Source of the DNA: Armatimonadia bacterium
GTDB lineage: Bacteria > Armatimonadota > Zipacnadia > Zipacnadales > UBA11051
Length of the DNA stretch: 27,426 nt
NCBI GenBank assembly: GCA_039683575.1
Contig: JBDKRC010000212.1
Span: forward strand, 1-27,426
Direction of reading: 5' to 3'
The notes beneath the pieces were generated by a model. That model saw only the letters and a program-made list of their open reading frames with translations. It made no database searches and was not told where the DNA came from. Shown here piece by piece: positions 26,526-27,426 of the stretch (positions are counted from its first letter, which is position 1; each line of letters begins with the position of its first letter). The position numbers and the translations under genes are program-made.

Positions 26526-27353
26526 ATGAAGCTCTTCGTTTCAGGTGGGCGCAAAGGCGCCCGCGAGGCCGCCCAGGCAGGACATGTGGCGGTAATCGTT
26601 GACGCGCTCAGGGCGAGCGCCACCACGGCCTCACTGCTACACTACGGCGTCCGGGAGATCATTGTTGTGGAAGGGGTTGAGCAGGCCTTCGCTGAGGCGC
26701 GCAAACGGCCTGGCGCCTTGCTCGCCGGTGAGCGCGGGTGCGTCAAGGTGGAAGGCTTCGACCTGGGCAACAGCCCGCTGCAAGCCGCGCCTGAGCGTCT
26801 GAGCGAGACTTTGGTGTTCAGTTCGTCCAACATGTCACGCTGCTGTGTGGGCGCGGCGACCTGCCCGGCGGCCTTCCTGGGCACTCTGCCGACCCTCAGC
26901 GCCTGCGCGGAGAAGGCACTGGCCGCAGCGCGCCAGCATGGCCGGGACATTATGCTCATACCCGCCGGGGCAGTTGTGGATGAGTCCAAGCTGGTGCTGG
27001 AGGACTACGTGGCCGCGGGCGCTCTCATCACACGCATCGTCGAGATGGCCGCAGGGGATGCAGAGTCTGCAGGAGACGGGGGCCGACCGGCTCCTGAAGG
27101 AGACGGGGACCGACCGGCTCCTGAAGGAGATGCCGCCCGCGCGGCCCTCGATGCCTGGGCAGGCGCGCAGGCACGGGGCCTGCAGAAGACCTTCCTCGAG
27201 ACAGACAATGGCCAGGCGCTGATTGGGTTGGGCTTTGAGGAGGATGTGCGCTTCGCCTGCCGCGCAGACCTGTTCGCAACCGTCCCCCAGGTGCAGCGAA
27301 CGTATGAGGTCGATGGTGGCGAGCTAGCGGCAGTCTTGGGCAGGGCGGGATAG
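26526..27353 (+). CDS. comB: 2-phosphosulfolactate phosphatase (ComB) family protein
   Basis: VIVDALRASAT, LAGERGCVKVEGFDLGNSP, SSSN, LEDYVAAG, GFEEDVRFA, VP. Start set at ATG 26526 (MKLFV); 26514 is an alternative. Confidence 0.8.
   Translation: MKLFVSGGRKGAREAAQAGHVAVIVDALRASATTASLLHYGVREIIVVEGVEQAFAEARKRPGALLAGERGCVKVEGFDLGNSPLQAAPERLSETLVFSSSNMSRCCVGAATCPAAFLGTLPTLSACAEKALAAARQHGRDIMLIPAGAVVDESKLVLEDYVAAGALITRIVEMAAGDAESAGDGGRPAPEGDGDRPAPEGDAARAALDAWAGAQARGLQKTFLETDNGQALIGLGFEEDVRFACRADLFATVPQVQRTYEVDGGELAAVLGRAG
27071..27130 (+). repeat. 27-bp in-frame tandem duplication inside the comB-like gene
   Basis: AGGAGACGGG(G)G/ACCGACCGGCTCCTGA twice (27071-27097, 27098-27124, one mismatch) plus partial AGGAGA; encodes GDGGRPAPE-GDGDRPAPE-GD. 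Confidence 0.9.
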
Positions 27354-27363
27354 GCAGCGGTCG

Positions 27364-27426
27364 CGTAGGTGGGTTCGTCTCGAACCCACACGGGTTAGTG
27401 GTGGGTTCGAGACGAACCCACCAACG
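27364..27426. repeat. GTAG-family REP doublet (REPIN-like)
   Basis: GTAG-GTGGGTTCG-TCT-CGAACCCAC at 27365-27389 and an inverted copy at 27401-27425 (GTTG in place of GTAG), 11-nt spacer, directly after a stop codon. Confidence 0.75.

Overview
High-GC bacterial chromosomal region. The gene content (DUF4838-type secreted protein, UroD-like, QueG-like and AraA-like enzymes) resembles Armatimonadota or similar uncultured sugar-degrading lineages; this taxonomy is inference only. In order: the right end of an ISNCY/IS1202-type IS; a divergent orphan mreB; two tandem secreted hypothetical proteins sharing a C-terminal domain; an Ord/DapB-like dehydrogenase; a large DUF4838-type carbohydrate-binding protein; gcvH plus a LipM/LplA-family enzyme; a stand-alone homocysteine S-methyltransferase; a UroD-family protein; an IclR regulator coupled to two paralogous QueG/RdhA-like Fe-S proteins; a nitrilase-family hydrolase; an AKR-like protein; an AraA-like isomerase; a lower-GC three-gene cassette; a fused acyl-CoA dehydratase activase; a GNAT protein; a TPR/beta-propeller protein; a ComB-like phosphatase; and a GTAG-type REP doublet. 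The most striking candidate is the three-gene cassette (16879-18415). Its first gene looks like a prokaryotic COMM-domain (COMMD-like) protein and is followed by two small membrane proteins. All calls come from reading motifs by eye; no database searches were run.
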